In this document: piece after piece, positions 181,454 through 194,100 of the stretch
Position numbering within the stretch: position 1 is the stretch's first letter
Layout of the letters: every line of letters starts with the position of its first letter
Origin: Andalucia godoyi And28
Taxonomy: Eukaryota; Protista; Jakobida
DNA: 248,000 nt
Reading direction: 5' to 3'
Assembly: GCA_009859145.1 (NCBI GenBank)
Contig: VRVR01000022.1
Span: 20,001 to 268,000 of the forward strand
Made by a program: the position numbers and the translations under genes
The notes under the pieces: model-generated
The model's database searches: none
Told to the model about the DNA's origin: nothing
The model's input: the letters and a program-made list of their open reading frames with translations, nothing else

Positions 181454-181745
181454 ATCTGCTGTCCGTGCGTGTTTTTCCTTCCCGCACCCTTCAGAAACTC
181501 TGACAGAGCTGCAAAGCACGATCGTTGCAGCGCTTGAGAAATCGTTCTGCGAGATCCGGAGAAAACGGGCTTGTCTGTCAGAAACCTCCAATATTTCCTC
181601 TCTTTTGTAGTTCAGAGCGTCGATTTTGTAAAATTTCCAAATATTAATTCATTTACAGTATTTTCTATCCGTTTTCTTCAAACTGTCGTCATTTTTGTTT
181701 TCGTCAGTTTTAATCCATAAAAGCGGAACTGTCAGCTGACTGAGG

Positions 181746-182619
181746 ATGTGGAGCATCTCGCCGATTCTCTGCATCACACTATGTGCACTGCTGCTCACTA
181801 TTCACGCATCTGCTGTTCCTCTGTCTCCAGACAGTCCCCGGACACAAGAATCTCTCCAGTGCAGCTCGGAAGCCATCGATTACAGATTGTCCGACCTTGG
181901 CCCAAACACGTTCTATGAAGTCCGAGTGTCATACCCTGCTTCCGTATGTTTGAAATACACATGCACATATAGAACCTCGTTTTTCCTTATATTGCTGTAT
182001 TCAGCATTTCTCATTTCACAATATTTTCTAATCTGCTTTTGTTGTTGTTGGCGTCGATGTTCCAGAATCCAGCGACATTCCAATTGATGTTTGACACTGA
182101 AGTTTCCGCAACTCGGTCGCTGCTTGATATCGAAAAGGTGATGTTCAAAACAGATGCGGATTCACGTATTATCGTATGCATTTTCTGTTTACTGTCCCAT
182201 TTTTTTAAAAATTGGTTTTTATTGTTTGTGAAAAAACAGGATGTCCACGGATTGTCATGGACAAGCTGGAAGGGAGAGTTGAACCATGGTTGCTAACCAT
182301 TCATCGTCATCACCATCATGTTGCGGTTGATGCTATTATTGCTCAGGGTCGCGCGCCAAATGCAAATGGGGAATATATACTGCATGTGAGCTGCGTTCGA
182401 GAGGTTCCTGCAAAATCGGAGGCGATCTCTGGCAAGCCAGTTGTGTTTAACATTGTTCTGGAGTCGTTAATTCTCAATGTTCCATTTGACGTCGCAAAGA
182501 TTGGATTTGTTGGCTTCTTTGCTATCTTGTTCATTTATGCGGCCGTAATTCCTTATTGCAACAGCAGGCACACCGAATTCGGAAAAGTATGGGACAAGGA
182601 CAGCAGAGATCGCGACTAA
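181746..182619 (+). CDS. multi-exon secreted/membrane hypothetical protein
   Basis: signal peptide, YEVRVSYPAS, C-terminal TM. Confidence 0.5.
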
Positions 182620-183247
182620 CACAAAAACAATCGTTCTATTTTTCCTCCTCACCCGTGTCGCACTGCAAACTCGCGTCTTAGATCGCCACTCCTGGACCTC
182701 TCCATCCCTCCATCCCCCCAACCATCGATCGAGTATCCATACTTCCGTAAACTGACAGTACTGTAACCTTCCTGCGCACGCAGTTTCTTCGTTTTCGGAC
182801 AAAGGCCTTGCATGTTCGCGTGGCCAGCTGTAGCCCATCCGCGGGGCCCCAACCAACCAGGAAAAAAACGAGAAATTTTGATCAAGACTTGCGTGTGTGT
182901 GTTTGCTGATTCCGCACTCTGCATCCCGAAAGTGCTTCTTGCGACAGAGTCCTGGATCGTGAACGGTGAACTGTGAAGCGTGCTTGGACCGTGGACCCTT
183001 TTTCATTTTCTCTGTATCTTAATTCAGTGACCTATTTCCATTCATCCACGTTGTACCACTTGCGCGCGCGTGTGTGTGTGTGTATACCGGTATATTTACA
183101 TTTATACATTATTTTTCCCGCCCTCCCTCTCAGCCAGTCGCTCAAAAAGCAGTTGTATTCAGATTGAAACGAAAGACAGAAAAAGGGCAATTCACACACG
183201 GCAACATTATTAGTATTGTTACTATCATTCGCAAAACAACATCAAAC

Positions 183248-186200
183248 ATGGCCACGCTTCGGTGGTTGCAGAGTCAGTCCACATCCTTGATTCCGCGTCT
183301 TGAAGCGCACACATTGGTGTTCGTGGGTCCATCTGCCTACGTGTATGGTGGAAAGATTACTTCGGAGGCGGACCCTTCGTCATTCAAGGTGAATGACGTT
183401 CTGTATTTGTTTGATGCGGATGATCTGACTGGATTAGAACTTATTGACAGTGCAGGAGAAAAGCCTCCAGGACTTTTCGACCACTTGGCAGCGCCTCAGC
183501 ACGAATCGTCACGAATGTGGATTTTTGGAGGGAAAACAGCCTCCGACGAACCATCAAAGGATATTTATATGTATGATGCTGAGGCCGATGCATGGGCAAT
183601 GTGCCAACGACCGCCTTTTGATGTTCGAAAGAATGCAGGCCTGTCTGCAACGGCTGACAAGGTCCTGTTGTTCTCTCTGGATGATTTTATCTTGGGTGTG
183701 TACGATCCTGTGGAGGACTCGTGGGCAATGTGCATGTTTTCAGTGAGCGTGGCATTATCGCCTCCCGAGGACTTGACGCCGTTCACTATCCGTGTGTCGA
183801 ACCGCATTTACCGGATTCTCTGTTCCATATCTCAGCGGTCTTTCTCAGCCGACGAGTTTGTGCTGCCGCTGCAGTCGCATCCCGTTTGTCTTTCCCAGAA
183901 CTACATTATCTGCGTTGGACAATCTTCTGCACAACATTTCATTTTCGATTCTGAATCGGGGCTTTTGCAGAGTACGTCGCCTGTCATTCAAATTGAAAAA
184001 TCAGACTTGGTTCTTGGAGATAGCGTTTGCATGGGTGGACTCGAAACAGTTCTGTTTCTGTTGAATCGCAACGGTTTCTATTCGCTGGTGATGCCCGATC
184101 CTCTTCCAGGAACCAAGCCATCGCATATTTCGTTTTCCTCGGTGATCGAAGCAACACGAATTCCCGAACGCCTCTTTCTCGAAATGGATCCGAAGCAGCT
184201 GCTCGCAAAAGTTCGCGAACGACTCACGTTCGTGGAAACAGCTCTGGATGATGCTATCGCAACCGTCAATCCTCGGTTAAAACAAGACTTCGATATTGTG
184301 GTTGCTGAAAAGGCGCGTGTCGAAATCGAAATGGTGGATTTGTTTGAGACGATCGAGAATCTTGAAATGACAGTCACCGAAAAGGAAAAGGAAATGTCCA
184401 CCTTGAAGGAGAGTTTCGACAAAGCAATCGAGCCGTTTCAATCGGAAAACACGCAGCTGAGAGCGCAAGTGACAGAACTATCGATGGAGGTGAATTTCCG
184501 TCGCACAGACACTTTGATGAAAGAAGAAGAATTGGAGAATTTTCAATCGTATCGACAGCAGCTAGTTTCGGAAAATGAAGAATTGAAGCGACAAGTGGAT
184601 GAAATTCTTGAGGATATGGCAGAGCGCGATGCCGAAGTCGCCTCCCAGGCTGCTTTGATTGACAATTTGAAGGCGGAGCACAGGTCAGTGACGTTGCAAA
184701 ATGAGGAGCTTGCATCAAAGAACATGTCGTTGTTGAGAACAGAAAACGAATCGCTGAAGATGGAGATTGTTGCACTGAAACTGGAGAAAACCGAAATTGC
184801 AAGCCAGAACGAAGAATTAATACGCGAATCTCAAGAGAATTCGTCTCTTATTTTGGAGCTCAATGAAAAGATACAGTTGTTGGAAGCTGAGAACGCGGAT
184901 TTGGGTGCGCGGTTTGCAGAAACCCTGAACGAATACGAGAGTTTGTTAAACGCTCATCAAGCACTGCATTCTCAAGTTTCTCTTTTGGAAGCCGCCGCAG
185001 CAGCAGCAACAGCAGCAACTTCTTCTTCAGGCACATCAGGAACGCTCACACAGCAGCCCGTCACGGAGGGCGTCGCTGTGGCGTCACTTTCCGATATTTT
185101 GACGGAAAATGCCACGCTTAAGGAGCAAGTTGCGGAAATTGTCGGCCAGTACGATGCATTGGTTTGTCAGCTTCGAGACATCCAAGGAAGAATTCAGGAT
185201 CTGGAGGAGGAGAATGCATACTTGAATTCCAGCATGGAGAGAGATGCAAATTTAACTCCTTTTGAACGGTGCGTCAGCGTTGGCATTTCAACGGACGATC
185301 TCGAATCTGCCCCCGAGCTGGTGGAGGTTCGAGCTGCCCTTGATCAGGTTACGTCGCTTGCCCGGGACCTGGCATTGGAGAACGAGAAGCTTTGCGGAAG
185401 CTTGCAAAGATACGAGGTCCTGGAGGCAGAAAATGCATATTTGAAAAATGAAGTTGTCAAGCTACGAAGCAAGCCTGCTTCCCAAACCGAAGCTGCAACA
185501 ATTCGAGATGTTGAACAGATTTCACGGTCCATTGAAGGCAGGGACTCCTTGTTGTCCCAGCTGCAAGCTGATCTCGTCACCTTGGATCGCGAAAATGCGT
185601 ATCTTGTAGACGATCTGGGACTGTCCAAGTCCGAGCTTGAGTCATATCGCTTCTTGCTGCGCAAGGTTGAAGAGGATTGCCAGTTGATGATTTCCGATTT
185701 CGAAAGCCGTGCAGATTCTTTTTGTGCTGTGGTTGCCGACAAGCTGGGCTTGCTGGAGTCCCGCATCGAACGGATGGATGCACAAGCGACGAATCTTGTG
185801 AATGCAAATGAAACCTGCTGCAACGCAGCTGAACTAACGTCAACGCTAGAAACAGCAATTGCGGATTCTTCAGCGTATTGCGCGAATCCGTTGCCCTCCG
185901 CTTCTGAATCTCAGGCTTCCACGGACGGTCTGCATTCAAATACTGCATCTGGTGGGAACAGCACGGGCCATGCGAGTCCTGCGCTTCCATCGAATCCGCT
186001 ACTAGAATCGCTTTTGCAGACTGTGACGCAGCTCCACAATGAACATTTGCTGCAAGTTGTGGAACTGAGAGAATCAAAGACGGCCGAGGATGATGCGACC
186101 GCGTGTATCCAGGACTTGGGATGCAGGCTGGCGGGCACAGAGGACGAGTTGCGGAAGGTTTTTGAAGTTGTGGCAGACGAACGATCGAATAATACTGTGA

Positions 186201-189200
186201 AGAGTGCGATGATTTCGTCTCTGGAGTCAAACTTGAACAAGTTGTCTGCATCGTTGGCAATCGTTCGCGAGATAGTGGAAGCAAGAGACGAGGAGCTTGT
186301 GCAGTTGAAAGGCACGATCAAGCATTTGCAGGACTCCAGGGCCGCAGTGTTGCAGACAGTTTCGGAACTGCATCAACAGTACTTGTTAACTTCTGTTCAA
186401 TTGAAAGAGGCGAGAGATCTGAACGTTGAAACAGACAGGCGATTGCAAGAGCTTTCTGCTTCGGTCTTGCAAGCAAGGTCTCTTGCGCAGTCTCAGAACG
186501 ACGCAGTTGCTGTCTTGGCTGACGAAAAGGCCAGTCTTTTGAATGCGGCATTGAGTCTCCAAGTTAGATCAAGTGACAACGGCGCAGGGCTTTCGGCGGG
186601 CGATTCCCCTTCTGCGTCCTCTTCTTCATCAGAGCCCCTCCTAATCCAGCAAAGCAACATTGAACCGCAAGACAAGCAGGACCGCGGTGCAGCAAGCCAA
186701 ACTCAAACTTGCGAGGTGCTGGATCATGCAGCTGCTATTCAATCCCTGGAAATGCGGAACATTGCACTATCGAATCGGTTGACGGCTTCGTTGGATGAGT
186801 TTGCGCAACTGAAGGCAGCTGGTAGTTCCACTGGCAACGTACCGACTTCGACCTCGGTTTCTACCTCGGTGTCTCCTCCGAGTTCTCGGACATCGTCAAA
186901 CAAGACGTCTGCACCGTCTGACGTGCTTTCCACGGGTTCTCTGCCGTCCCTTGTGGATAACGCACGCATTGCATCCGAGCTTGATGCTCTTCAGCAAGAG
187001 AATGCGATGCTTGCAGTTCGTTTGGCCGAGCGTGAAAGTCTGCATGTTGAATTGGACGCAACAAACAAGGCTCTTCTCCGTGAGTGTTCCCTGAGCGAAT
187101 CTCTTAGACTGCGAGTTTCGACGCTCGAGAATGACTTGCTTCAAAGCAAGCTTCGATCGGAGTCGCAACTGACTGTGCTGCAAGCTACATTGTTCGAACG
187201 GCAATCACAAGTTGTGGACAAGGATGATGAAATCAAATTGTTGTCGCAGAAATGCGAGGCGCTGGTATTGTCGCTGTCCAAGTCGAGCGTTAGTAGCGAC
187301 TCGAATTTCTCAGAGATTCTTGAAGACTTGCATTTCAAGTCCCGAGAAAGCTCGATAAGGTCCTCGGTTTTAGAAAACGAAAACTCAGGGTTGCGTGAGC
187401 TGCTGAACGAGAGGAATGCCGAAATTTCCTCCTTGCATTCCCAATTGAAGGACGCTGCATCTGCAAGATTGCATCTAAGCGAGCAACTCTCATCCAAGTC
187501 GCTGATGGCTTCGACCTTGGAGTCGGAGCTTAGCGTAGCGAAAATGGAGGTCGAGTTTTCAAAGTCCGAATCAGAGAAGTTGGCAAAGTATTCCAAGAAT
187601 TTGGAGAGCATTGTACGACTCCTTGAGCAATCTGGACAGGAGCGTGAGGCTCGCATTTCTTCTCTTACCGAGGATTTGCTTGTTGCAAAGTCTGCGGCAG
187701 TTCCGGTCGGTCCTGCAACAGCCACCATCGCCGAGCTGTCGCAACCCAGAGCTGCAGAGTTCCAGGATCGTATTGACCGACTTGAATCCCAGCTGAGGAT
187801 GCTGTCATCTTCGGTGATTATCGAGTCACAAAAGCTTTCCGCGGCGCAGGAGGACAGCGCTCTACTGAAGGCCCAGTTGTCGCAGTCCATTGAAAAGTGC
187901 AGCGCGATGCAGCGCCAGTCGTTGCTTCTCCTGGACAATGTTACGGAATTGCAGCGAATGCATGACGTCAATTTGATTCGTCTTCATCAAGAATCTGCGA
188001 AGGTTTTGGAGTTAGAGTCTATCAATCGTCGACTCGCTGTTCAGCTTGAAGACGTTTTGAAGAATTCTCGAGTTTATAGGGATGTTCCGGTCGTCGCCAG
188101 CCGCTCTTCACCGCAGGTGGTGTCTGGTGCGGAGGGCCGTGCAGAGGCCGAAGAGGCACCCGTCATCGATTGCCAGCGCTCGTCGGAGGACGTTGACGGA
188201 GATGCGCCCTCCACGAGACACATGCCTTCTGAAGAGAAGAACGAGGACAATTTGCTAGCTCTCCAGGCCCAATCTCTGCAGGTTGAGATCAGAGCTTTAC
188301 AGGGAAGTGTTGCTCTGTTGACTGCCGAAAACCGGTCTTTGTGCGAGCAACGTGAGACGAATCTCAACGAATTACGTTTATTGCGCAGCGAAGCAGAGGA
188401 TTCGAAATTGCACGGTCATCGCATCAGTCGGGAACTTCTGTCGTCTCAGATGGAATGCCAACAATTGCGCGATGAAGCAACCCATCTTGTTCGTGATGTC
188501 AATGGGTTACGAGCGCAACTTGATTTGGTTTCCTCCAAGATGTCCTCGCAGTCTTCTGAGAACATGCAGCTCCGATCCTTATTGGAGGACCAGCTTCGCG
188601 ATCTTGGGGATTCCCAGGCTTCCAATTCCAAACTTCTAGGTGAACTGTCTGTGGCTACGAAGTCTACCGAAGATTTGCACCAGGAGCTTCACTCTGTGCG
188701 ATCCCACTTGCATTTTGTTCAAGTGAAATTGACCTCTGCCGAGTCGTCGATGTTCGACTTGAATGCTGAAGTCGGTGTGTACCGCCATGAGAACGAGGTT
188801 TTGCATCGCTCCGTTTCAGTCCTGCAATCCGACATCGCATCTCTTCGTCAGCAACACGAATCTCAAATGATTGTCCTGGCGGATGCGAAGAGAGCAGCTG
188901 CGGATCTCCAGTCCGTTGTGGAAGTGCAAGTCTTGAAGATCAATGAGCTGACATCTCTTGCGGAGCACTTGCAGTCTTCGCAGCAGATGTTGCGGCTAGA
189001 AAATGAAGACCGCGAAAAGGCGAAAGAGGATCTACTGGAATCTGTGTCAAGACTAGAATCCGAATGCAACTCCTTGCGTCAAAGCAATGATGATCAACGC
189101 TCCGTGATATCTCTGAAAAACTCGGAGATTTCCCGCTGCCTCTCGGACATTGAACGATTGAATGCGCAAATCGTCGTCTTGACGACGACCACGTCTCAGA

Positions 189201-191128
189201 AGGACGCGAGGATTCTTGAACTCGATTCTTCCATCAAGCAGTACCTTTCCGAGCAGGCGAAAACCAAGACGCAAGTCGGAGAGATGATGCGAGAACTGGA
189301 AAGCTTTCAAGTCGTCTATTCATATGAAACAGCAGAAAGGAATGAGGTCTCAAAGTCGTTGATGGTTAGCGAATTATCTCTCAAGGCCTCTGATCGGCAA
189401 ATCAGTATTTTGGATGGGAAGGTGAAGTCTCTTCAGGACTCCGCGAATGCCCGCCAAGTCCAGATTCTTCAACTTCAAGAACACGTTGATGTCTGCGAAA
189501 CCGAGTTATCCGTGTCTCGTATTCGCATTTCAGAACTGGAGGATGTTGTCACGCAGTTGGAACAAGCGAAAGCGGAATTAAATGGTGCCTTGTTGACGTC
189601 TCGATCAGATTGCGCTGCACTTGAGATGTCGGTTTCGGAAGGTGAGCGCACGAACAGACGGCTGACGGACGATTTGACTGCTGTTCGTGCTGATCTGCAA
189701 AAGACTGCCGTCGAATCGGAAGATTTACGGTTGACTATCCAGCGTCTTGAAAAGGATTTGGAAGGATCAAGGAATACCGAAGCATCGACTACTGTAAGCC
189801 TGCAAACTGCTCGGAGTGCCGTTATTCATTTGGAATTGGAAACAAAGCAGCTGAAGTTGTCTCTTGCCGATGTGACTCATCAACTGCAAGATTCCATTAA
189901 GGAGTGTTCTTTACATGAAGAAACGATCAAGTCACATGAGTGCACTCTGTCGCAGCAAGGTTCCGAAATCACAGAACTGCGGCAGAATCTGGCGGACACG
190001 GTAAGCCGCGCGGAGTTTCTCCACAGCGAAGTGCAAGACCGCGAAAAGGAGATCGATAGCTACAGTGAACAGGTATCCACGTTGGGAAGCGAATTGAATA
190101 CCATGAAGACCTCCATCTCGAATCTCGTTGAGCAGCTGCAGTCTCTGGAGCACTCACTTGTGACGGAGCGTTGTGTTGTGGCACAGTTGGAGGCGTCGTG
190201 TGCCAACCTCGAAATCGAGAAGCACCGACTGGAAACCGAGTTGTCTGCAAGCAGTGGGCAGCTTGTGGATGCCCATTCATCAATCTCGAAGCTTACAGAT
190301 GGTCTCAGAAATCTCACCGATGACCATGCGTTGCTGACTGCCGAGCGCAACGATCTCGTGCAGTCGCTCGAAGTGTCGACGTCCACCTTGGCTTCGACTC
190401 GTGATCTTCTGGATGCCGCGTCTACTGCTCGAGATTCCACCTCCGCGCAACTGGCTGCTTGCCAACAGTTGTTGCGTGACGTGAACGCTAGACTCGCAGA
190501 CTTGGAGGGCCTCCGCAGTGACCTTGTGCTCACCAATGCGCAACTGTCCTCTGCTCTTGCTGCGGAGGAGCTCGCATCTGCAAGTCTGCGCAGCCAATTG
190601 ACTGATTGTCAATCACAGCTGAGTGAAGCATTGGTCAATTTGGATGGTGCTTCGACAATGGTATGCCATCTAGGCAGTGCGCTCGCCATTCGCAATGTTA
190701 TTGTTGAAGAATTGGAGGTAGTTCTTCGAGAATCGCGGGAGGAAGTCCATCGTTCAAGCATTATCATTGCAGAGCGAGACAGCACGGTTCATGGGTTGAC
190801 GCAGCAGCTTGCCACTCTCGAAGACTCGCTTCGCGATACGCAAGCGCGGTTGGAGACGACTTCTGCGCTGCTTCGGAGGACGGAGTCCTTACTGTGTGAA
190901 AAATCGGCTGCCTTGACCGACGAAATCCGACGTGGGAAGGACACACAATCTCTCTTAGACGCATGCAGATGCGATCGGGCTAATTTGGAGGAATCGTTGC
191001 AATTAACGGAAGCAGATTTGGCTGCCGTGCGAAACGATTTTGAGCGCGTGTCCAAGGTTGCTGATCGTTGTCAATCGTTTACTGTGGAATTTGTAGATCG
191101 TCTAGTTGATTCGTGGAGTTTTCAGTAG
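183248..191128 (+). CDS. giant Kelch plus coiled-coil protein (about 2626 aa)
   Basis: N-terminal YVYGG/WIFGG Kelch repeats; heptad-rich remainder. Confidence 0.8.
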   Translation: MATLRWLQSQSTSLIPRLEAHTLVFVGPSAYVYGGKITSEADPSSFKVNDVLYLFDADDLTGLELIDSAGEKPPGLFDHLAAPQHESSRMWIFGGKTASDEPSKDIYMYDAEADAWAMCQRPPFDVRKNAGLSATADKVLLFSLDDFILGVYDPVEDSWAMCMFSVSVALSPPEDLTPFTIRVSNRIYRILCSISQRSFSADEFVLPLQSHPVCLSQNYIICVGQSSAQHFIFDSESGLLQSTSPVIQIEKSDLVLGDSVCMGGLETVLFLLNRNGFYSLVMPDPLPGTKPSHISFSSVIEATRIPERLFLEMDPKQLLAKVRERLTFVETALDDAIATVNPRLKQDFDIVVAEKARVEIEMVDLFETIENLEMTVTEKEKEMSTLKESFDKAIEPFQSENTQLRAQVTELSMEVNFRRTDTLMKEEELENFQSYRQQLVSENEELKRQVDEILEDMAERDAEVASQAALIDNLKAEHRSVTLQNEELASKNMSLLRTENESLKMEIVALKLEKTEIASQNEELIRESQENSSLILELNEKIQLLEAENADLGARFAETLNEYESLLNAHQALHSQVSLLEAAAAAATAATSSSGTSGTLTQQPVTEGVAVASLSDILTENATLKEQVAEIVGQYDALVCQLRDIQGRIQDLEEENAYLNSSMERDANLTPFERCVSVGISTDDLESAPELVEVRAALDQVTSLARDLALENEKLCGSLQRYEVLEAENAYLKNEVVKLRSKPASQTEAATIRDVEQISRSIEGRDSLLSQLQADLVTLDRENAYLVDDLGLSKSELESYRFLLRKVEEDCQLMISDFESRADSFCAVVADKLGLLESRIERMDAQATNLVNANETCCNAAELTSTLETAIADSSAYCANPLPSASESQASTDGLHSNTASGGNSTGHASPALPSNPLLESLLQTVTQLHNEHLLQVVELRESKTAEDDATACIQDLGCRLAGTEDELRKVFEVVADERSNNTVKSAMISSLESNLNKLSASLAIVREIVEARDEELVQLKGTIKHLQDSRAAVLQTVSELHQQYLLTSVQLKEARDLNVETDRRLQELSASVLQARSLAQSQNDAVAVLADEKASLLNAALSLQVRSSDNGAGLSAGDSPSASSSSSEPLLIQQSNIEPQDKQDRGAASQTQTCEVLDHAAAIQSLEMRNIALSNRLTASLDEFAQLKAAGSSTGNVPTSTSVSTSVSPPSSRTSSNKTSAPSDVLSTGSLPSLVDNARIASELDALQQENAMLAVRLAERESLHVELDATNKALLRECSLSESLRLRVSTLENDLLQSKLRSESQLTVLQATLFERQSQVVDKDDEIKLLSQKCEALVLSLSKSSVSSDSNFSEILEDLHFKSRESSIRSSVLENENSGLRELLNERNAEISSLHSQLKDAASARLHLSEQLSSKSLMASTLESELSVAKMEVEFSKSESEKLAKYSKNLESIVRLLEQSGQEREARISSLTEDLLVAKSAAVPVGPATATIAELSQPRAAEFQDRIDRLESQLRMLSSSVIIESQKLSAAQEDSALLKAQLSQSIEKCSAMQRQSLLLLDNVTELQRMHDVNLIRLHQESAKVLELESINRRLAVQLEDVLKNSRVYRDVPVVASRSSPQVVSGAEGRAEAEEAPVIDCQRSSEDVDGDAPSTRHMPSEEKNEDNLLALQAQSLQVEIRALQGSVALLTAENRSLCEQRETNLNELRLLRSEAEDSKLHGHRISRELLSSQMECQQLRDEATHLVRDVNGLRAQLDLVSSKMSSQSSENMQLRSLLEDQLRDLGDSQASNSKLLGELSVATKSTEDLHQELHSVRSHLHFVQVKLTSAESSMFDLNAEVGVYRHENEVLHRSVSVLQSDIASLRQQHESQMIVLADAKRAAADLQSVVEVQVLKINELTSLAEHLQSSQQMLRLENEDREKAKEDLLESVSRLESECNSLRQSNDDQRSVISLKNSEISRCLSDIERLNAQIVVLTTTTSQKDARILELDSSIKQYLSEQAKTKTQVGEMMRELESFQVVYSYETAERNEVSKSLMVSELSLKASDRQISILDGKVKSLQDSANARQVQILQLQEHVDVCETELSVSRIRISELEDVVTQLEQAKAELNGALLTSRSDCAALEMSVSEGERTNRRLTDDLTAVRADLQKTAVESEDLRLTIQRLEKDLEGSRNTEASTTVSLQTARSAVIHLELETKQLKLSLADVTHQLQDSIKECSLHEETIKSHECTLSQQGSEITELRQNLADTVSRAEFLHSEVQDREKEIDSYSEQVSTLGSELNTMKTSISNLVEQLQSLEHSLVTERCVVAQLEASCANLEIEKHRLETELSASSGQLVDAHSSISKLTDGLRNLTDDHALLTAERNDLVQSLEVSTSTLASTRDLLDAASTARDSTSAQLAACQQLLRDVNARLADLEGLRSDLVLTNAQLSSALAAEELASASLRSQLTDCQSQLSEALVNLDGASTMVCHLGSALAIRNVIVEELEVVLRESREEVHRSSIIIAERDSTVHGLTQQLATLEDSLRDTQARLETTSALLRRTESLLCEKSAALTDEIRRGKDTQSLLDACRCDRANLEESLQLTEADLAAVRNDFERVSKVADRCQSFTVEFVDRLVDSWSFQ

Positions 191129-194100
191129 ATACAGAATAAATCTCTTCCTCAGTGGATTGCCGAGTTTCCTTTGCGTGGAAGATGGCGCAGAGATGCAGCA
191201 GAAACTCGGGGATGGTGATGGCAAATCGGTTGCACTCGTCATTTTCCTCGTTCTTCATCATTTCGCTCACCAGCTTCTCCGAAGTTGCCCCATGCTGGTT
191301 GCCTCCAAGCATGTTGCTCACAGAGCTGCTGGATACTGCAAGTGCACCGATTGCCGATGCATACTTGTTCTGCACCGACCGACTTACCTCCTCATGTGTC
191401 ACTGGATGCTGGCGAGCAATCTCAGCAACCTTGAAGCCGACTTCTTTGAGGAAAATCTCAGCGTCGACGTGCGTTGCCTCCAAGTGGGTCAACAGCGCAT
191501 CCAAGATCGTTAGCACTCTTCGTACCGAAACGACCTTCACATAGGCATTCTTGTTGTTTGGATTGTCGGCCACGGCTCGATTCACAGAAATCGCAGAGCC
191601 CGAAGGAGAAATCATAAACAGAAGGCCAGAAGGTGATTCTTCGACATAGCGCTTGGCGACCACAAACAACTCCCAGCACCGTGTAGACCACTCCTCAGAC
191701 AAAAACTTTGAGAAAATCTCAACGAACGGTTCCGTCTTCCGATGTTGTTCCACAGTCGCGACGAGGTGACCCACGTACTGATCAACCAGCAGATGGGTTC
191801 CGTACTGCTGCCGCATGAACTCAAACACAAAGTAAGGCATGGAAACGTGGTCTTCCGGCTTACCTTCTCGAACGGCAGCAGCATCCCACAGAACCTTTTC
191901 TTTGAGCAACACGTGAACAAGTCGCAGAATCCAGAGAATAGATTTTGATTTTGAAGTCTTGAATTTCTTGAAAACAGCCAGCAGTCGCTGATTTCGCTCA
192001 TACCTAGACTCGGGCTGCTGTCTTGCTGCGACAATACGCGGCGTAGAATGCTCGACAGTCAGACCAGGCGGCACTTCGCTCGACGCAACATGCAATCCGC
192101 GGGGAGTCTTGGTCGAGGACGCGGACGCCGGTTCTTTCCTGTTGTTTTTCTGATCTTCTCCTTCCGCCAACAGCTCACTGGAGTTCATCTTCCCACCTCT
192201 TGCGCGGTCAAAATTGTTGAAGTCCGCGTCCGCATCGCCTTGTTCTGGGATAATTCCAAGCGCAGATTCTGCAAGAAGCGTTCGAACCTTCTTGCCCTTG
192301 ACTTTCTTTGCGGTACTGGGGATTTCAAATGCGTCCGTCTGCACCGCCTTGTGGCTGATTTCAATCATGCCGAATGCAGACGATATTCTTGAGTGGAGGC
192401 GTCTTCTCGCCCCCGCTGGATCCGCCGCTGAGCGAGCTGGGTGAGTTGCGGAGCCAACAGGCAGCTCTTTAACATCCTGTTTGAACTCTTTCCCCAACTC
192501 CGCCTGCTTGTCCTTTAGATCATTCAACCGCTCGACAATTGAGGCCAGCTTGTCCTGTGCGGAGGAAGCACGCTTCCTCTTTGCGCCACTCTTGGTAGTG
192601 GAGCCACCCCATCCTTCAACACGATCCAGTAGGTAGTCAAGTTCCTTAATCATCAGTTCCACGCGAGCAACCCCCTTGTTCTTCTCAGCTGGCAGCGCCT
192701 CATCATCGAAAAAGTCCGGAAGTTCGCCTTCCTGTGCAACGAAGTCTCCTCCTTCGGCATTCCGCGGTTGCTCCGGTGCAACTTTGATTTCGCGGACTGC
192801 ACGCTGCAACACCTTACGAATACCAATGATTTGGTCCGACCAGTCCTTCTTCTCTTCGCCAAACTCCTTTTGCACGGTTTGGACGATGCTAACAATTTGT
192901 GAAACATTCGACTGAAGCTCTGCCCTCGCAGCAATAATGTCCTGGCGCACAGCCTCGTAGTCGCTTTGGAGCTGAGCAATTTGCTCCTGACTGGGAAATA
193001 CACTCATTGCTGCTCGCACTCGACTTTCGATTGCGGTATACCACTGCTCCAAAGTATCACCGACAAAGTCATCTGCAAACAGCGCACGGTGATCCTTGAG
193101 AACATAACGCTCCAGATCATCGTGACCGTGGACTTCATCTTGCCTCCAAATGCGAAGGGCCGGCCACTGCTGTGAATCCGCGGGCAGAACGCGCAGCAGC
193201 ATGTCGTCGACAGCATCTGTGACATACCGCATTCGACGAAGGCTCCGACATTCCGCAGCTCCATCTTTGGAGGGCAACGGATCGACCTGAACTCCGATGG
193301 GCTTTCCGATGCTGAAGGACGTCAGAATGCCGCGAGGAGACATCTGACACGCAGAATCGGTGAAAACGGGACGGTCCTCCATGAGCATTTGCACTTGCTG
193401 CTCGGTGCGCTTCAGTTTATCCTGCAGCGATGCAAGAAGTGCATCCTTCTGCATTACCTCCTTCTTAAGCTCTACTAAAATCTGCTTCTGAGCTATCGCG
193501 CGATTGTCCATTCGAACTTTCTCTCTCTCACTAGAGCGGACCGCTTCTGCGACCTGCTGAATTCGCCCTTTGCACAGTTTTGACACAGCTTGCAGCGCAC
193601 GAAGGCTTGTCTGCAAATGTGAATCATACGCGCCCTTCACTTTTTCCAACAAGACACCGCGTTCCGCACAATGAACCCAAACTTGTCGCACGAGTTCCGA
193701 GAAGCATAAATCCTCCACCGCCAGTTGACTTTCCAGTTGTCGACGAACTTGCTCCACTGCCACAGTCGTTGAACTCAGGACTGCATCAATCCAGTCAGAG
193801 TGTAAATCCTCTGCTTTCTTCAACAGTTCCGCATCGCCCATGGACGCAAGATCCTCCAAATTCAGCACATCTACCGACTCTCTTGTGCGGTCCTTTCCTT
193901 CCTCGGAATTCAGCACATCGTCCATCATCATTTTGTAAGCTCTTGCGAGCAGAAGCACATCCACGCGTGACGCTGGAGCGTTAGACGGGAAAATCGTTTT
194001 CTTCCACTTGAGAAGACGACCTGGCGACAGAGCGTCGAAATGCGGTTCCACGTTTGCTTCGCCATCATTCCACGAAGCCCGTAATGGGGACTCCTCAACC

